A model generated the notes under the pieces. It did no database searches, had not been told where the DNA came from, and saw nothing but the letters and a program-made list of their open reading frames with translations. A DNA stretch of 64,000 nt from an uncultured Nitrospinota bacterium. GTDB lineage: Bacteria > Tectomicrobia > Entotheonellia > J063 > CAVPRW01. The stretch covers positions 192,001 to 256,000 of the forward strand of contig CAVPRW010000014.1 of NCBI GenBank assembly GCA_963707985.1, read 5' to 3'. The position numbers and the translations under genes were made by a program. Shown here piece by piece: positions 10,797-21,144 of this stretch. How positions within the stretch are numbered: position 1 is the first letter of the stretch; each line of letters opens with the position of its first letter.

Positions 10797-12094
10797 ATCT
10801 CTGGGGGAGTCTGTCGCAGGAACTCGTCACGCTATTGGTCCTCATCCTGGCCGTGGTTTCGCTAGGCTTGGCAATCTTCCTGGTAGCGCGGCCTCGTCGC
10901 CTGCGTCAAATAATGACCTCCCAAGCGTTCGAGCGTGGCTTTGATCTGCTGCTCGATGGGCGCTGGCAGGACGCAGCTGAGCTATTGACAGCGGAGGTTA
11001 CAACCGATCCGAACCGGACTGTGGAATATCTTGAGCTCGGCAAATTGTTTCGGCGACAAGGGCAACCAGGGCGGGCCGCGCGGCTGTTCGAGCACCTCAG
11101 AGCCCGCCCAGAGATCGATCGCCGCACGAACATCATGGCCCAATACGAACTAGCCCTCTCCTATCGTGCGTTAGGGTGGTATGAACCAGCCGTCGCGCTT
11201 CTTGAGCAGTTGCTCATAGCCGAGCCTGTTCCTCCGGACACTCGGCAAGAACTCCGACGCCTGCATGAGGACAGGGGACGCTGGGAGCAAGCAGCGGCAC
11301 TCGAAATGCTGCGCTTGAAGTGGGGTGAAACCCAGGACCGTCGGACGCTGGCAGCGTTGCTAACGCAGCAAGGAAAAGTCGCTTGGGCAGCGGATCGTCT
11401 ACCGGAGAGCGCCGCGCACCTGCGTGCCGCGCTGGCGCTGGACCAGGACTGCACTGAAGCAGCGATCTACCTCGGCCGCGTGCTGCTGCGACAAGGCAAA
11501 TTGTCGCAAGCCTTCCGCCTCTGGGAAGGGCTGGCGGAAGCCAGGCCGGAGTGGCTGTTTCTGGCCTTCCGGGATATGCAGGCGGCCTTTCGACACCGAA
11601 GGAACGAGGCGGGCTGGGAGAGCTTCCTGCGCACCTTTACGAAGCGTCATCCCGGTGATCCCGTGGGCCATCTCGCCCTGGCCGAATGGTATGCTTCGCG
11701 TGGCCAAACACAAGAGGCAATCCACTGCCTGCGCCAGGTCGTAGAGATCGACCCCGCCTGTCGGGAGGCCCATGTAGGCCTATTGTCTCTGTATCGTGAG
11801 CAAGACGTCCCCAACGAGGTGCTTGATAGTTATGAGCGACTTGCCCAACACACCAGCTGGCCCTCTGGTGGCCGCTTCCGTTGCCATAGCTGCGGTCACG
11901 TGGCCTATGAGCTATACTGGCGATGCCCGGCATGTCATGTCTGGGCCACGCCTGAGCGTCTCCTCCCACAGCTCAGCGCGATGCCGCTAGCGGTGGGGAA
12001 AATCACCTCACCACTCAGTCATGCCGATGTCGACGTCCCTGCTCCAATTGTGGTGACGCGTGATATACCCGTTCAATCAAGGTCAGAGCGATGA
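10793..12094 (+). CDS. lapB: LapB (YciM)-like TPR protein with C-terminal rubredoxin-type motif
   Basis: N-terminal TM helix, TPR-like repeats (LGKLFRRQGQPGRAA), CHSCG...WRCPAC metal site. Confidence 0.8.
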   Translation: MNLWGSLSQELVTLLVLILAVVSLGLAIFLVARPRRLRQIMTSQAFERGFDLLLDGRWQDAAELLTAEVTTDPNRTVEYLELGKLFRRQGQPGRAARLFEHLRARPEIDRRTNIMAQYELALSYRALGWYEPAVALLEQLLIAEPVPPDTRQELRRLHEDRGRWEQAAALEMLRLKWGETQDRRTLAALLTQQGKVAWAADRLPESAAHLRAALALDQDCTEAAIYLGRVLLRQGKLSQAFRLWEGLAEARPEWLFLAFRDMQAAFRHRRNEAGWESFLRTFTKRHPGDPVGHLALAEWYASRGQTQEAIHCLRQVVEIDPACREAHVGLLSLYREQDVPNEVLDSYERLAQHTSWPSGGRFRCHSCGHVAYELYWRCPACHVWATPERLLPQLSAMPLAVGKITSPLSHADVDVPAPIVVTRDIPVQSRSER

Positions 12095-12109
12095 AGTGGA
12101 GCCTCCCAG

Positions 12110-14731
12110 ATGGCCGCTGATTCCCCTATGATGCAGCAGTATCGGCAACTGAAACGGCAATACGCAGACGCCATCCTCCTCTTCAGAATGGGCGATTTCT
12201 ATGAGATGTTCTTCGAGGATGCCTGTGTGGCGGCGCCGATCCTCGAGATCGCCTTGACCGCACGCGATAAGTCACAGCCTCATCCTGTCCCGATGTGTGG
12301 CGTGCCCTACCATGCAGTGGATAGTTATATTGCCCGTCTCCTCAAACGCGGCATGAAAGTCGCGATTTGCGAGCAGCTGGAGGACCCTAAGGCGGCCTCA
12401 GGATTGGTGAAGCGCGACGTGGTTCGGGTAGTGACACCAGGTGCTATCATGCAGCCGACAGCGTTGATCGGCAAAGAAAACAATTTCCTCGCCGGGTTAT
12501 GTGGAGCGCATGAGGAGCTAGGATTGGCATGGGTCGATGTGTCCACGGGCGAGTTCAGGCTCACCGAATTCACCGGTGAACAGGCCAACCGTCGAGTGGC
12601 TGATGAACTGCAGCGGCTATTGCCGCGCGAACTGCTCGTGCCGGCTTCTTGGGGCCCTCAGGCGACGGCCTTGCCCGGCATTGAGGTCCCACCATGGCAG
12701 GTCACACCCCGCGACGACTGGCGCTTTGATGGCGAGCTGGCCTACCAGCGCCTGACACAACACTTCGGCACCCAATCGCTACAAGGGTTTGGATGCGAGG
12801 CAGCGACCTTAGCCGTGACAGCGGCCGGCGTGGTTCTTGAGTATCTCCAGGAGACACAGCGTTCGGCCTTGACCCATATCCAGGGATTGTCGCGCTACTA
12901 TGTCGATGATTTTATGGCCCTGGATGCCACCACCCAGCGTCACCTGGAGTTGGTGCGCAGCGCAGTGGACGCCACGCGGGATGGAACGGTGCTAGAGCTC
13001 CTGGATCAGACGGTGACTGCGATGGGGGGGCGTCTGCTCCGACGCTGGCTCCTCGAGCCTTTGCTGCAGGTGGAGGCTATTCAGCAACGACAGGCCGCAG
13101 TGGCGGCGCTGGTGGAAGGCTGGATGGTACGTGAGGAGGCACGTGAACTGCTGCGAGAGATCGCTGATATCGAGCGCATCGTCGGGCGGGTAAACTTGGG
13201 GCTCGCTTCTCCGCGCGACCTGTGGGCCCTCCGACAATCGCTGCAGTCCCTACCCCGTGTGGTCGAGGTGATCACGGGGCTGCACGCCGATGCTCTGCAG
13301 CCGTATGTGCACGACTGGGAGATGCTGTCAGATGTCTATGAAGTTCTGGCCCATGCCTTGAGCGACGAGGCGGCGCATGCCACGCAGGTAGGCGATGTCT
13401 TTCAGCCTGGCTTCCATGCCGAACTGGACGAACTGCGGCAATTGCGTACCGATAGTCGAGGTTTTCTAGCCGCTCTCGAGGCGAAAGAACGGGAACGGAC
13501 CGGCATCCCAGGGCTACGACTGCACTACAATCGGGTCTTTGGCTATTATATCGAAGTCTCCAAGCGGGCGCTGCACCTGGTCCCCCCCCAGTATGAACGC
13601 CGTCAGACCTTAGTCAATGCCGAACGCTTTATCACGGCAGAGCTAAAAGTGCATGAAGAGCGCATCCTGGGGGCAGAGGAGCGCATCGCCACGTTGGCAC
13701 AGGAACTGTTTCAGGCCTTACAAGGCAAGGTTGCACGGGAAACCCGTCGCCTGCAGGCCATGTCCCGGACTATCGCCGCTGTGGATGTGCTGATGAGCTT
13801 CGCCGTCGTGGCTCAGCGCCACGGCTATACTCATCCAGAGATGGATGCAAGCGAGGTAATCGACATCAAGGCCGGACGCCATCCAATCCTGGAACGGAGT
13901 GGCGACGGGAGGGGATTTATCCCCAACGATACGTACCTCGATCGATCGGAGCAGCGGGTGTTGGTCCTCACTGGGCCAAACATGGCCGGCAAGTCGACCT
14001 ACCTACGTCAGGTGGCGCTGATCGTGTTATTGGCACAAATCGGTAGCTTTGTGCCAGCCGAGCGGGCTCGCATTGGGGTGGTGGACCGCATCTTCACGCG
14101 CATCGGCGCGCAAGATCACCTACAACGTGGCCATAGCACCTTCATGGTGGAGATGCACGAAACCGCCAATATCCTGCACAATGCAACATCGCGCAGCCTG
14201 TTGATCCTGGATGAAATTGGTCGGGGTACCAGTACCTACGATGGGCTCAGCATCGCCTGGGCGGTGATCGAGCATATCACCTGCGCCGTACGGGCTCGCA
14301 CCTTGTGCGCCACGCACTACCACGAGCTGGCCGAATTGGAGGTGCTGCATCCCGGCGTCAAGAACTACCATGTGGCGGTGCGAGAGACGCCTGACGGCAT
14401 CGCATTCCTGCGGGTACTTCTGCCAGGCAGCGTGAACCGTAGCTACGGCATTCAGGTGGCGCGTCTGGCGGGATTACCCGCTGCCGTTGTCGAACGCGCG
14501 AGTCAGGTGCTCGACCAGTTAACGAAGCGGGGTACCCTTCCCCCGCGTGGGAGGCGCCGCGGTAGCGTACACATACTAGCAGGGTCTAGCGCACAGCTGC
14601 CGCTGTTTGAGATGCAGGGCCACTCGATTATCGACCAACTCAGGAGCCTCGATATCACACGAGTGACTCCCATCGAGGCTCTGACCACGCTGCATCGATG
14701 GCAGGAGATGATCAACAACCCTGGGTCCTGA
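12110..14731 (+). CDS. mutS: DNA mismatch repair protein MutS
   Basis: SPMMQQY, FRMGDFYEMF, TGPNMAGKSTYLRQ, STFMVEM, DEIGRGTST. Confidence 0.97.
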   Translation: MAADSPMMQQYRQLKRQYADAILLFRMGDFYEMFFEDACVAAPILEIALTARDKSQPHPVPMCGVPYHAVDSYIARLLKRGMKVAICEQLEDPKAASGLVKRDVVRVVTPGAIMQPTALIGKENNFLAGLCGAHEELGLAWVDVSTGEFRLTEFTGEQANRRVADELQRLLPRELLVPASWGPQATALPGIEVPPWQVTPRDDWRFDGELAYQRLTQHFGTQSLQGFGCEAATLAVTAAGVVLEYLQETQRSALTHIQGLSRYYVDDFMALDATTQRHLELVRSAVDATRDGTVLELLDQTVTAMGGRLLRRWLLEPLLQVEAIQQRQAAVAALVEGWMVREEARELLREIADIERIVGRVNLGLASPRDLWALRQSLQSLPRVVEVITGLHADALQPYVHDWEMLSDVYEVLAHALSDEAAHATQVGDVFQPGFHAELDELRQLRTDSRGFLAALEAKERERTGIPGLRLHYNRVFGYYIEVSKRALHLVPPQYERRQTLVNAERFITAELKVHEERILGAEERIATLAQELFQALQGKVARETRRLQAMSRTIAAVDVLMSFAVVAQRHGYTHPEMDASEVIDIKAGRHPILERSGDGRGFIPNDTYLDRSEQRVLVLTGPNMAGKSTYLRQVALIVLLAQIGSFVPAERARIGVVDRIFTRIGAQDHLQRGHSTFMVEMHETANILHNATSRSLLILDEIGRGTSTYDGLSIAWAVIEHITCAVRARTLCATHYHELAELEVLHPGVKNYHVAVRETPDGIAFLRVLLPGSVNRSYGIQVARLAGLPAAVVERASQVLDQLTKRGTLPPRGRRRGSVHILAGSSAQLPLFEMQGHSIIDQLRSLDITRVTPIEALTTLHRWQEMINNPGS

Positions 14732-14800
14732 GCTGCGGGCACGGGCGATACCCTGCCTGCGCCGTAGCACTCACGACTCAGAGCTGGAAAGGAGAGATGT

Positions 14801-15739
14801 ATGAAAGCTCTTGTAACGGGAGGCGCGGGATTCATTGGCTCGCACGTGACCGATCGGCTCATCGACTCCGGGGTAGAAGTGGTGGTGCTGGACGACCTAT
14901 CCTCCGGGAAGCGTGAGTCAATACACCCCAGGGCCCGGCTGTGCGAAGCGGACATCGGCGAGGATGGCATCCGCGCACTCCTGGAACAGGAGCGCTTCGA
15001 TTGCATCGTTCATCATGCGGCCCAGATGAATGTCCGGCGCTCGGTGGATGATCCGATCTTCGACGCCCGTGTGAACATACTCGGCTCATTAAATCTCCTG
15101 CAGGCAGCGGTGGCGACTCGTGTTAAGAAATTTGTCTTCGCCTCGACGGGCGGAGCAATCTATGGTGAGCAACTCACCTTCCCAGCTGATGAAACGCACC
15201 AGACCTTCCCGATGAGTCCCTACGGCATTGCGAAGTTGGCGGTGGAGAAATATCTCGCCTTTTTTGAAGCGGTCCACGGCCTGTCCTATACCGTGTTGCG
15301 CTATGCCAATGTGTATGGTCCACGGCAAGATCCCCATGGAGAAGCCGGTGTGGTGGCGATATTCAGCCAGCACCTGCTCGCCCATGAACCGGTAATGATC
15401 AACGGTGATGGCGAACAAACCCGCGACTTCGTCTATGTCGAAGATGTCGTACGGGCGAATGCGCTGGCGGTGACTACCGATCTGCGCGGCACATATAATG
15501 TCGGCACCGGCATCGAGACCTCGGTGAACGTCCTCTACACCCATGTCGCCAAACACGCTCGCTCCACGCAGGTGCCCGAGCATGGGCCTCCCAAGGCTGG
15601 GGAACAGCAGCGCAGTGTTCTCGACTATCGCAAGCTCCAAGCCGCCACCAACTGGACGCCGACTGTCTTACTGGACGAGGGGTTACAGCGTACGGTTGCC
15701 TTCTTCGCCGAGTCAGGGTTACGACGAAAAACCACTTGA
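14801..15739 (+). CDS. NAD-dependent epimerase/dehydratase (UDP-glucose 4-epimerase-like)
   Basis: TGGAGFIGS, STGGAIYG, YGIAK, RYANVYGPRQDPHGEAGVV. Confidence 0.9.
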   Translation: MKALVTGGAGFIGSHVTDRLIDSGVEVVVLDDLSSGKRESIHPRARLCEADIGEDGIRALLEQERFDCIVHHAAQMNVRRSVDDPIFDARVNILGSLNLLQAAVATRVKKFVFASTGGAIYGEQLTFPADETHQTFPMSPYGIAKLAVEKYLAFFEAVHGLSYTVLRYANVYGPRQDPHGEAGVVAIFSQHLLAHEPVMINGDGEQTRDFVYVEDVVRANALAVTTDLRGTYNVGTGIETSVNVLYTHVAKHARSTQVPEHGPPKAGEQQRSVLDYRKLQAATNWTPTVLLDEGLQRTVAFFAESGLRRKTT

Positions 15740-15967
15740 TTTGACATCAGGCATTAGGTATGTTACAGGCCAGCGAATTTGGCTCGCGGGCGCCTCCCGC
15801 GTGATGCTAGCACGGGGGAGGGAGAGGCAAGGGGCGCTATGAGCCCCAGCTCATAGCCTATACAAGCTTTGCCAAGAGGTGAGACGCGGCTACCAAAGGG
15901 AAAGCAGGCGCGTGGCAGTACCTGCCCCAGACCTTCGTCGACCGAGGTTTGGGAGAGCGGAGTCACG

Positions 15968-16684
15968 ATGATCCGAATCCTCCTCCGCTGTTTCAGCGTC
16001 CTCCTTCCCAGTTGGGCGCTGCTTATGTCCCCCGCCTGGGGTCAGCAGCATCGGCCGCTGCTGCATGAGCTGTTGCTGACGCACACCGATTACGAGGTGC
16101 TTCTGCACATCGACTTAGAGGGAGGATTTCGGCAAGAGATCCTGGATGCCATCGAAACTGGGATCCCGATCACGATCACCTATTATATGAAGTTGTATCG
16201 CAAACGGGGTTTGTGGTTCGATGAAGAGGTCCTTTCGAAGACTATCCAACATATGGTGAAATACGATGCTTTGAAGAAACAATACCGCATTAGTGAAATC
16301 AATGGACTGTTCTCCAGCATCAAGGTGACCAAACACGAGCCTACAATGGTGCGCTGGATGAGCGCGATCGAGGGACAGCCGCTGATCCCTTTTCATCTCC
16401 TACAGCCCGGCGAGGAATATTATGTGAAGGCGATGGCTGATTTGAAGGCGGCGAAGTCACCCTTTCCGCTCAGTCACATTCCGTTTCTCGCCAGTCTTTG
16501 GGACACGGGAACGCCCTGGACTGCGTCGAGTCCTTTCACCATCAGCTCCCCCCCTCACAACGCTAGGGATCTGTGGATTGCAAGCAGCCCCACCACTGAG
16601 GAGGTGCGGTGTGTCGAGACGGGTATCATGCCCCCGCTGCCAGGACCTAGCATGCCTGTAAGGATCTCGCATGCGCCATCCTAA
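15968..16684 (+). CDS. DUF4390-like exported protein
   Basis: Signal peptide; EILDAIETGIPITITY...RGLWFDE...VKYDALKKQY. This is the usual position upstream of ntrY. Confidence 0.7.
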   Translation: MIRILLRCFSVLLPSWALLMSPAWGQQHRPLLHELLLTHTDYEVLLHIDLEGGFRQEILDAIETGIPITITYYMKLYRKRGLWFDEEVLSKTIQHMVKYDALKKQYRISEINGLFSSIKVTKHEPTMVRWMSAIEGQPLIPFHLLQPGEEYYVKAMADLKAAKSPFPLSHIPFLASLWDTGTPWTASSPFTISSPPHNARDLWIASSPTTEEVRCVETGIMPPLPGPSMPVRISHAPS

Positions 16685-18911
16685 TGATTACCCACGCGTC
16701 GATGGGACAGACATCCCCCCTCTGGAGCAGCGTCGCCGCCGCCTGCGAAATTTCTGGACCTTCTTGGGGGTAACTTGCCTGCTCATCTTGCTGACAGGGG
16801 CGGAATTATATGTTCAGGGGCTCCATCACGTCCTGCCCGTGGCCAACAATATCGTGATCTTCGCCGTCGTCAATCTCAACATTATATTATTGCTGGCGTT
16901 AGTGCTTCTAGTCCTGCGCAACCTGGTCAAGCTCTACTATGAGCGGCGTGGGAAGATCATTGGGTCCCGGTTTCGGACGAAGCTGGTGATCGCGTTTTTC
17001 GGTCTGTCTCTGACCCCGTGCGTGCTCTTAGTGCTAGTGGCGAGTGGCTTGATCACCAAAAGCATCAATAACTGGTTTAATGTGAGTATCGAGCGTTCGC
17101 TGGAAGATTCGCTCGAAGTGTCGCGCAATTATTACCGCCTGATCGAGCAGGATGCGCTGCATTTCGGCGAGCAACTCCGCACCGTGCTTCTAGGGAAGGA
17201 CCTGTTACGGAGCGACCGAGCGCCGGCGCTGGCGAAGGTGTTAGAGGAGAAGCGCCGGGAGTATCAATTGAGCGCGCTCCAGGTCTTCGGCGCCAATCTA
17301 CAGGAACTGGCCGCTGCCGGGGGGCAAGTGGGGGGTGAACGACTGACCGCCACTCAGGCCGAACTGCTCCGCCGCCGCTCGATTGACGCCAGCACAGAAA
17401 TCCAATCCGTCGGTAGGGGAGAGGTGATTCGCGGCATTGTCCCCATCCTGTCGCAGGGCGGAGGGCCCCCCCTGGCCTGGATTGTGCTGACATATCATGT
17501 ACCGGAGAGCTTGGTGGCCAAGATGGGGGACATCGCCGAGGCTTTTGAGCAATACAAACAGTTAAAAATCCTCAAGACCCCGATCAAAACCAGCTATCTC
17601 ATCACACTCCTGATGGTGGCATTGCTGGTGATCTTTTGCGCCATTTGGTTTGGCCTCTACCTGGCGAAGGGTATCACAGTGCCCATTCAACATTTAGTTG
17701 AAGGGACACGTGCGGTGGCAGATGGCAACCTCGATTTCCGCGTCACTGCTACCAGCGACGATGAAATCGGCTGGCTAGTGCATTCCTTTAACCAAATGAC
17801 CGACGATTTGCGCGCCGGCAAGAGGGCCCTTGAACAGGCCAATGCTGAGCTCAAGGAGAGCAACCAGGAGCTGGAGGCACGCCGTCACTACATGGCGACC
17901 GTCCTCGAAAATGTGGCGGCGGGCGTGCTGTCACTCGATAAGCACGGCCGGGTGTCGACGATGAATCGCTCAGCGCAGGTGATGCTTGGCATCGATGCCC
18001 AGGCGGCCCTCGGGCGAGTGTATCGGCATGTGTTCAGCGCCGCCCATCTGGATTCGATTCGCGGGCTCATGAAACGCATGGCGAGCGGCCGCCGTGAGAG
18101 CATCGCGGACCAAATTCAGTTGCTCGTGGGGGGGCGCGTGTTGACCTTGCTGGTGAATATCTCCTTACTGCGAGACAGCGATAGCCACTACCTCGGGATG
18201 GTGTTGGTGTTCGATGATTTGACCGAATTGATACGCGTACAGAAACTCGCGGCCTGGCGTGATGTCGCCCAGGGAATCGCCCATGAGATCAAGAACCCCT
18301 TGACTCCCATCCAGCTCTCGGCGCAGCGGTTACGACGGAAGTATCGCGAGCACTCAGGCGATTTCGATGAGGTCTTCGACGAATGTACCCATACCATTAT
18401 CACCCAGGTGGAAGGCCTCAAGGGCTTGCTCGACGAGTTTTCAGCCTTCGCGCGCATGCCAGAGTCAAATCCGACTCCAACAGAGTTGCAACCACTCATG
18501 GAGGAAGTGCTACAATTATATCGCGGGGCTCACCGTAACATTGAGCTGGCGTTATCCTGTGACCCTACCGTCGCCAAGGTCAACGTGGATGGGGAGCAAA
18601 TGAAGCGGGTGCTGATCAATTTGGTGGAAAACGCGATCGAGGCCATGCATGGCCAGGGGCGGGTAGACATTATTACCAACCTCGATGGGCGTCATCAACG
18701 CGTAGGCATTGAAGTGCGTGATACCGGTGCGGGTATTCCGCCCCAGGTCCGCGACAAGCTGTTTTTACCATATTTCACCACGAAAAAGGGAGGCTCAGGC
18801 CTGGGACTGGCGATTGTCAATCGCATCGTCGCCGACCACGGTGGGCATATCTCCGTCCGCGATAACACCCCGTGCGGTAGCATCTTCGCAATCGAACTAC
18901 CGGTCGTGTGA
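16671..18911 (+). CDS. ntrY: NtrY-like sensor histidine kinase (TM-HAMP-PAS-HisKA-HATPase)
   Basis: GSRFRTKL, SINNWF, HAMP (DEIGWLVHSFNQM), PAS, AWRDVAQGIAHEIKNPLTPIQLSAQRL, NLVENA, DTGAG, PYFTTK, GSGLGL. Confidence 0.9.
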   Translation: MRHPNDYPRVDGTDIPPLEQRRRRLRNFWTFLGVTCLLILLTGAELYVQGLHHVLPVANNIVIFAVVNLNIILLLALVLLVLRNLVKLYYERRGKIIGSRFRTKLVIAFFGLSLTPCVLLVLVASGLITKSINNWFNVSIERSLEDSLEVSRNYYRLIEQDALHFGEQLRTVLLGKDLLRSDRAPALAKVLEEKRREYQLSALQVFGANLQELAAAGGQVGGERLTATQAELLRRRSIDASTEIQSVGRGEVIRGIVPILSQGGGPPLAWIVLTYHVPESLVAKMGDIAEAFEQYKQLKILKTPIKTSYLITLLMVALLVIFCAIWFGLYLAKGITVPIQHLVEGTRAVADGNLDFRVTATSDDEIGWLVHSFNQMTDDLRAGKRALEQANAELKESNQELEARRHYMATVLENVAAGVLSLDKHGRVSTMNRSAQVMLGIDAQAALGRVYRHVFSAAHLDSIRGLMKRMASGRRESIADQIQLLVGGRVLTLLVNISLLRDSDSHYLGMVLVFDDLTELIRVQKLAAWRDVAQGIAHEIKNPLTPIQLSAQRLRRKYREHSGDFDEVFDECTHTIITQVEGLKGLLDEFSAFARMPESNPTPTELQPLMEEVLQLYRGAHRNIELALSCDPTVAKVNVDGEQMKRVLINLVENAIEAMHGQGRVDIITNLDGRHQRVGIEVRDTGAGIPPQVRDKLFLPYFTTKKGGSGLGLAIVNRIVADHGGHISVRDNTPCGSIFAIELPVV

Positions 18912-18934
18912 GGACCATCGAAGAAAGGACAAGC

Positions 18935-21143
18935 ATGGCCAAGGGGCGTATTTTGATCGTGGATGACGAAGCCAGTATCGTGCGCTCACTGGAAGGGATT
19001 TTGGATGACGAAGGGTTTGACGTGGTTCAGGCCCGCGATGGTGAGGCCGCGCTCGCGCTCCTGCAAGCGCACCCCTGTGATCTCGTGCTGCTCGACCTGT
19101 GGATGCCGGGGATCGATGGGATTCAGACGTTGCAGCGGCTGAAAGCCATGCAGACGAATGTGTGCATCATCGTCATGTCGGGGCATGGCAATATCGAGAC
19201 TGCCGTCAAAGCCACCAGGCTGGGGGCTTTCGATTATCTGGAAAAACCGTTGTCATTGGATAACGTGCTGAGCTCAGTCAATGCCGCCGTTGATCATCTC
19301 AGGAAGACCCGTGATCATCACTGGGTGGAAGTGGTGCGGGCGGCTGCGGAGCCTCTCATTGGGGTCAGCAGTGCATTGCAAGCACTACGCACCCAGATCG
19401 ACGCGGTAACGCAGCACGAAACGCCGCTGTTAATCGTCGGTGAGCCGGGGAGCGGCAAAGAATTTCTGGCTCGGCTGATACACCATCGGCAGTATCCCCG
19501 AGCTCCGCTGGTGCGACTCCACTGCGGCGCGGTATCGGACCATGAGTTAGAGCAGGTATGCGGTGATGGGAACAGCCTGTCTACGCTTCTAGAGGACACG
19601 GATGACACCGATCTCGACTACGACATCGGGGCGGGAACGCTGTATCTGGATGGACTGGAAAGGCTTTCGACGCCAGCGCGGCATGCCTTAACCAGGCTCA
19701 TGAGCGCCGGTAGGTCCCACGCATGGCGCGACGGGGCAGCGCTGCGGATGCGCCTCATCGCGGCAACGCTTCCAAGTGCTTGGTGGGAGTCCGGGATCGG
19801 GGATCTGCCAGCAGACCTGCAACGGGTGTTTCCCACCTCACCCCTGAGGACGATCCCTCTGCGCCACCGTGTTGAGGATATTCCCCTCCTGGCGGAATAT
19901 TACTTGCGTTGCTTGGCGCGCAAATATGGCTCGATTCCCAAAGAATTACACCCTGAGGCGCTCCAAGCCATGATGGGGTACGATTGGCCCGGCAATGTCA
20001 ACGAGCTGAAGGTGACGCTGGAGCGCGGCGTGTTGACGACGCCTTCGGGGATCATCGGGGTAGAACATCTGCCGCATCATGTGATTGAACCGGCGGGCAC
20101 TTCCAGCAACGTCTCTTCCGGGGGCACCTATGCGTCGTTGAAAGAGGCTAGACGGGCTTGGGAGCGGCAGTATCTGGTGGCGCAGCTCCGCAAGTATCGC
20201 GGGAATGCTGCGCACACGGCACAAGCGCTGCAGCTGAACGAACGGAGCCTGCAACGCCGACTACAGGTATTGGGTATCACGAGGAGCGAACCGCCTCGCC
20301 GGTCGACGATGCCGCAACGGACGTTGCAGCGGAGCGTGGTGATCCATGGACAAGGCCTCCAATCTGGCGTCAAGACGGGCATGATTCTCTCGCCGCTGCC
20401 GATGAACAGTGGCATCCTCTTCGGCGACATTGCAACAGGGGAAACCATCCCGGCCGCGGCGGCGCATGTGGAGTCGACAGGCTATGCGACGACCCTCCGC
20501 CGTGGCGTGGTAACAGCACGGACCGTCGAGCACATCATGGCGGCGCTGCATATGTACCGCCTGACCAACGTTCTGGTGAAGATCGGTGGCGAGGTCCCGT
20601 TTATGGACGGCTCGGCACAAGATTTTTGCCAATTGATCGAAGCGGCTGGGGTGGAAGAGCAAGCGGCGGAAGCCCCGATGTTGAAGATTTGTCAGCGTCA
20701 CGTGTGGGGACAGGAGGAGCCGGACCAAAAACATTTCGTCATTGAGCCCGCTTCACACCTGACGATTACCTATCATCTGCACTACCCACCGCCGATCGGA
20801 CGCCAACAGTATACCTTCGTCGCGGACAGTCCCGAGCATTTCAAAGCGACGATCGCACCCGCACGCACGTTCGGTTTCGTCAAAGAGATCGAACACTTGC
20901 ATGCGCTTGGCATGGCCAACGGCGGGCGCCTGACGAACGTCATCTTGGTGGACGAGTCACGCATCATCAACACCGAGTTGCGCTTTCCTGATGAATTCGT
21001 GCGACATAAGGTTCTCGACCTTCTGGGAGATTTGTACTTAACTGGCAAGTTCGTGCAGGGTAAGATCACTGCCTATCTGACCGGGCATACCGAGAATCTA
21101 GGCGCTCGTCAAATTCCTCCTGTCCATGTCGGATGAGGCCTAG
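18935..21143 (+). CDS. lpxC: NtrX-like response regulator (REC-degenerate AAA+-Fis HTH) fused to LpxC UDP-3-O-acyl-GlcNAc deacetylase; one extra base near 21101
   Basis: Intact REC (VDDE, LLDLWMP, MSGH, EKP), GEPGSGKE, DWPGNVNEL and a Fis-type HTH. From 20309 the same frame gives QRTL...TVEHIMAAL...EVPFMDGSA...IAPARTFGF...LRFPDEFVRHKVLDLLGDL...GHTEN. Removing one G near 21101 gives LALVKFLLSMSDEA-stop at 21143. Confidence 0.88.
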
Positions 21144-21144
21144 C

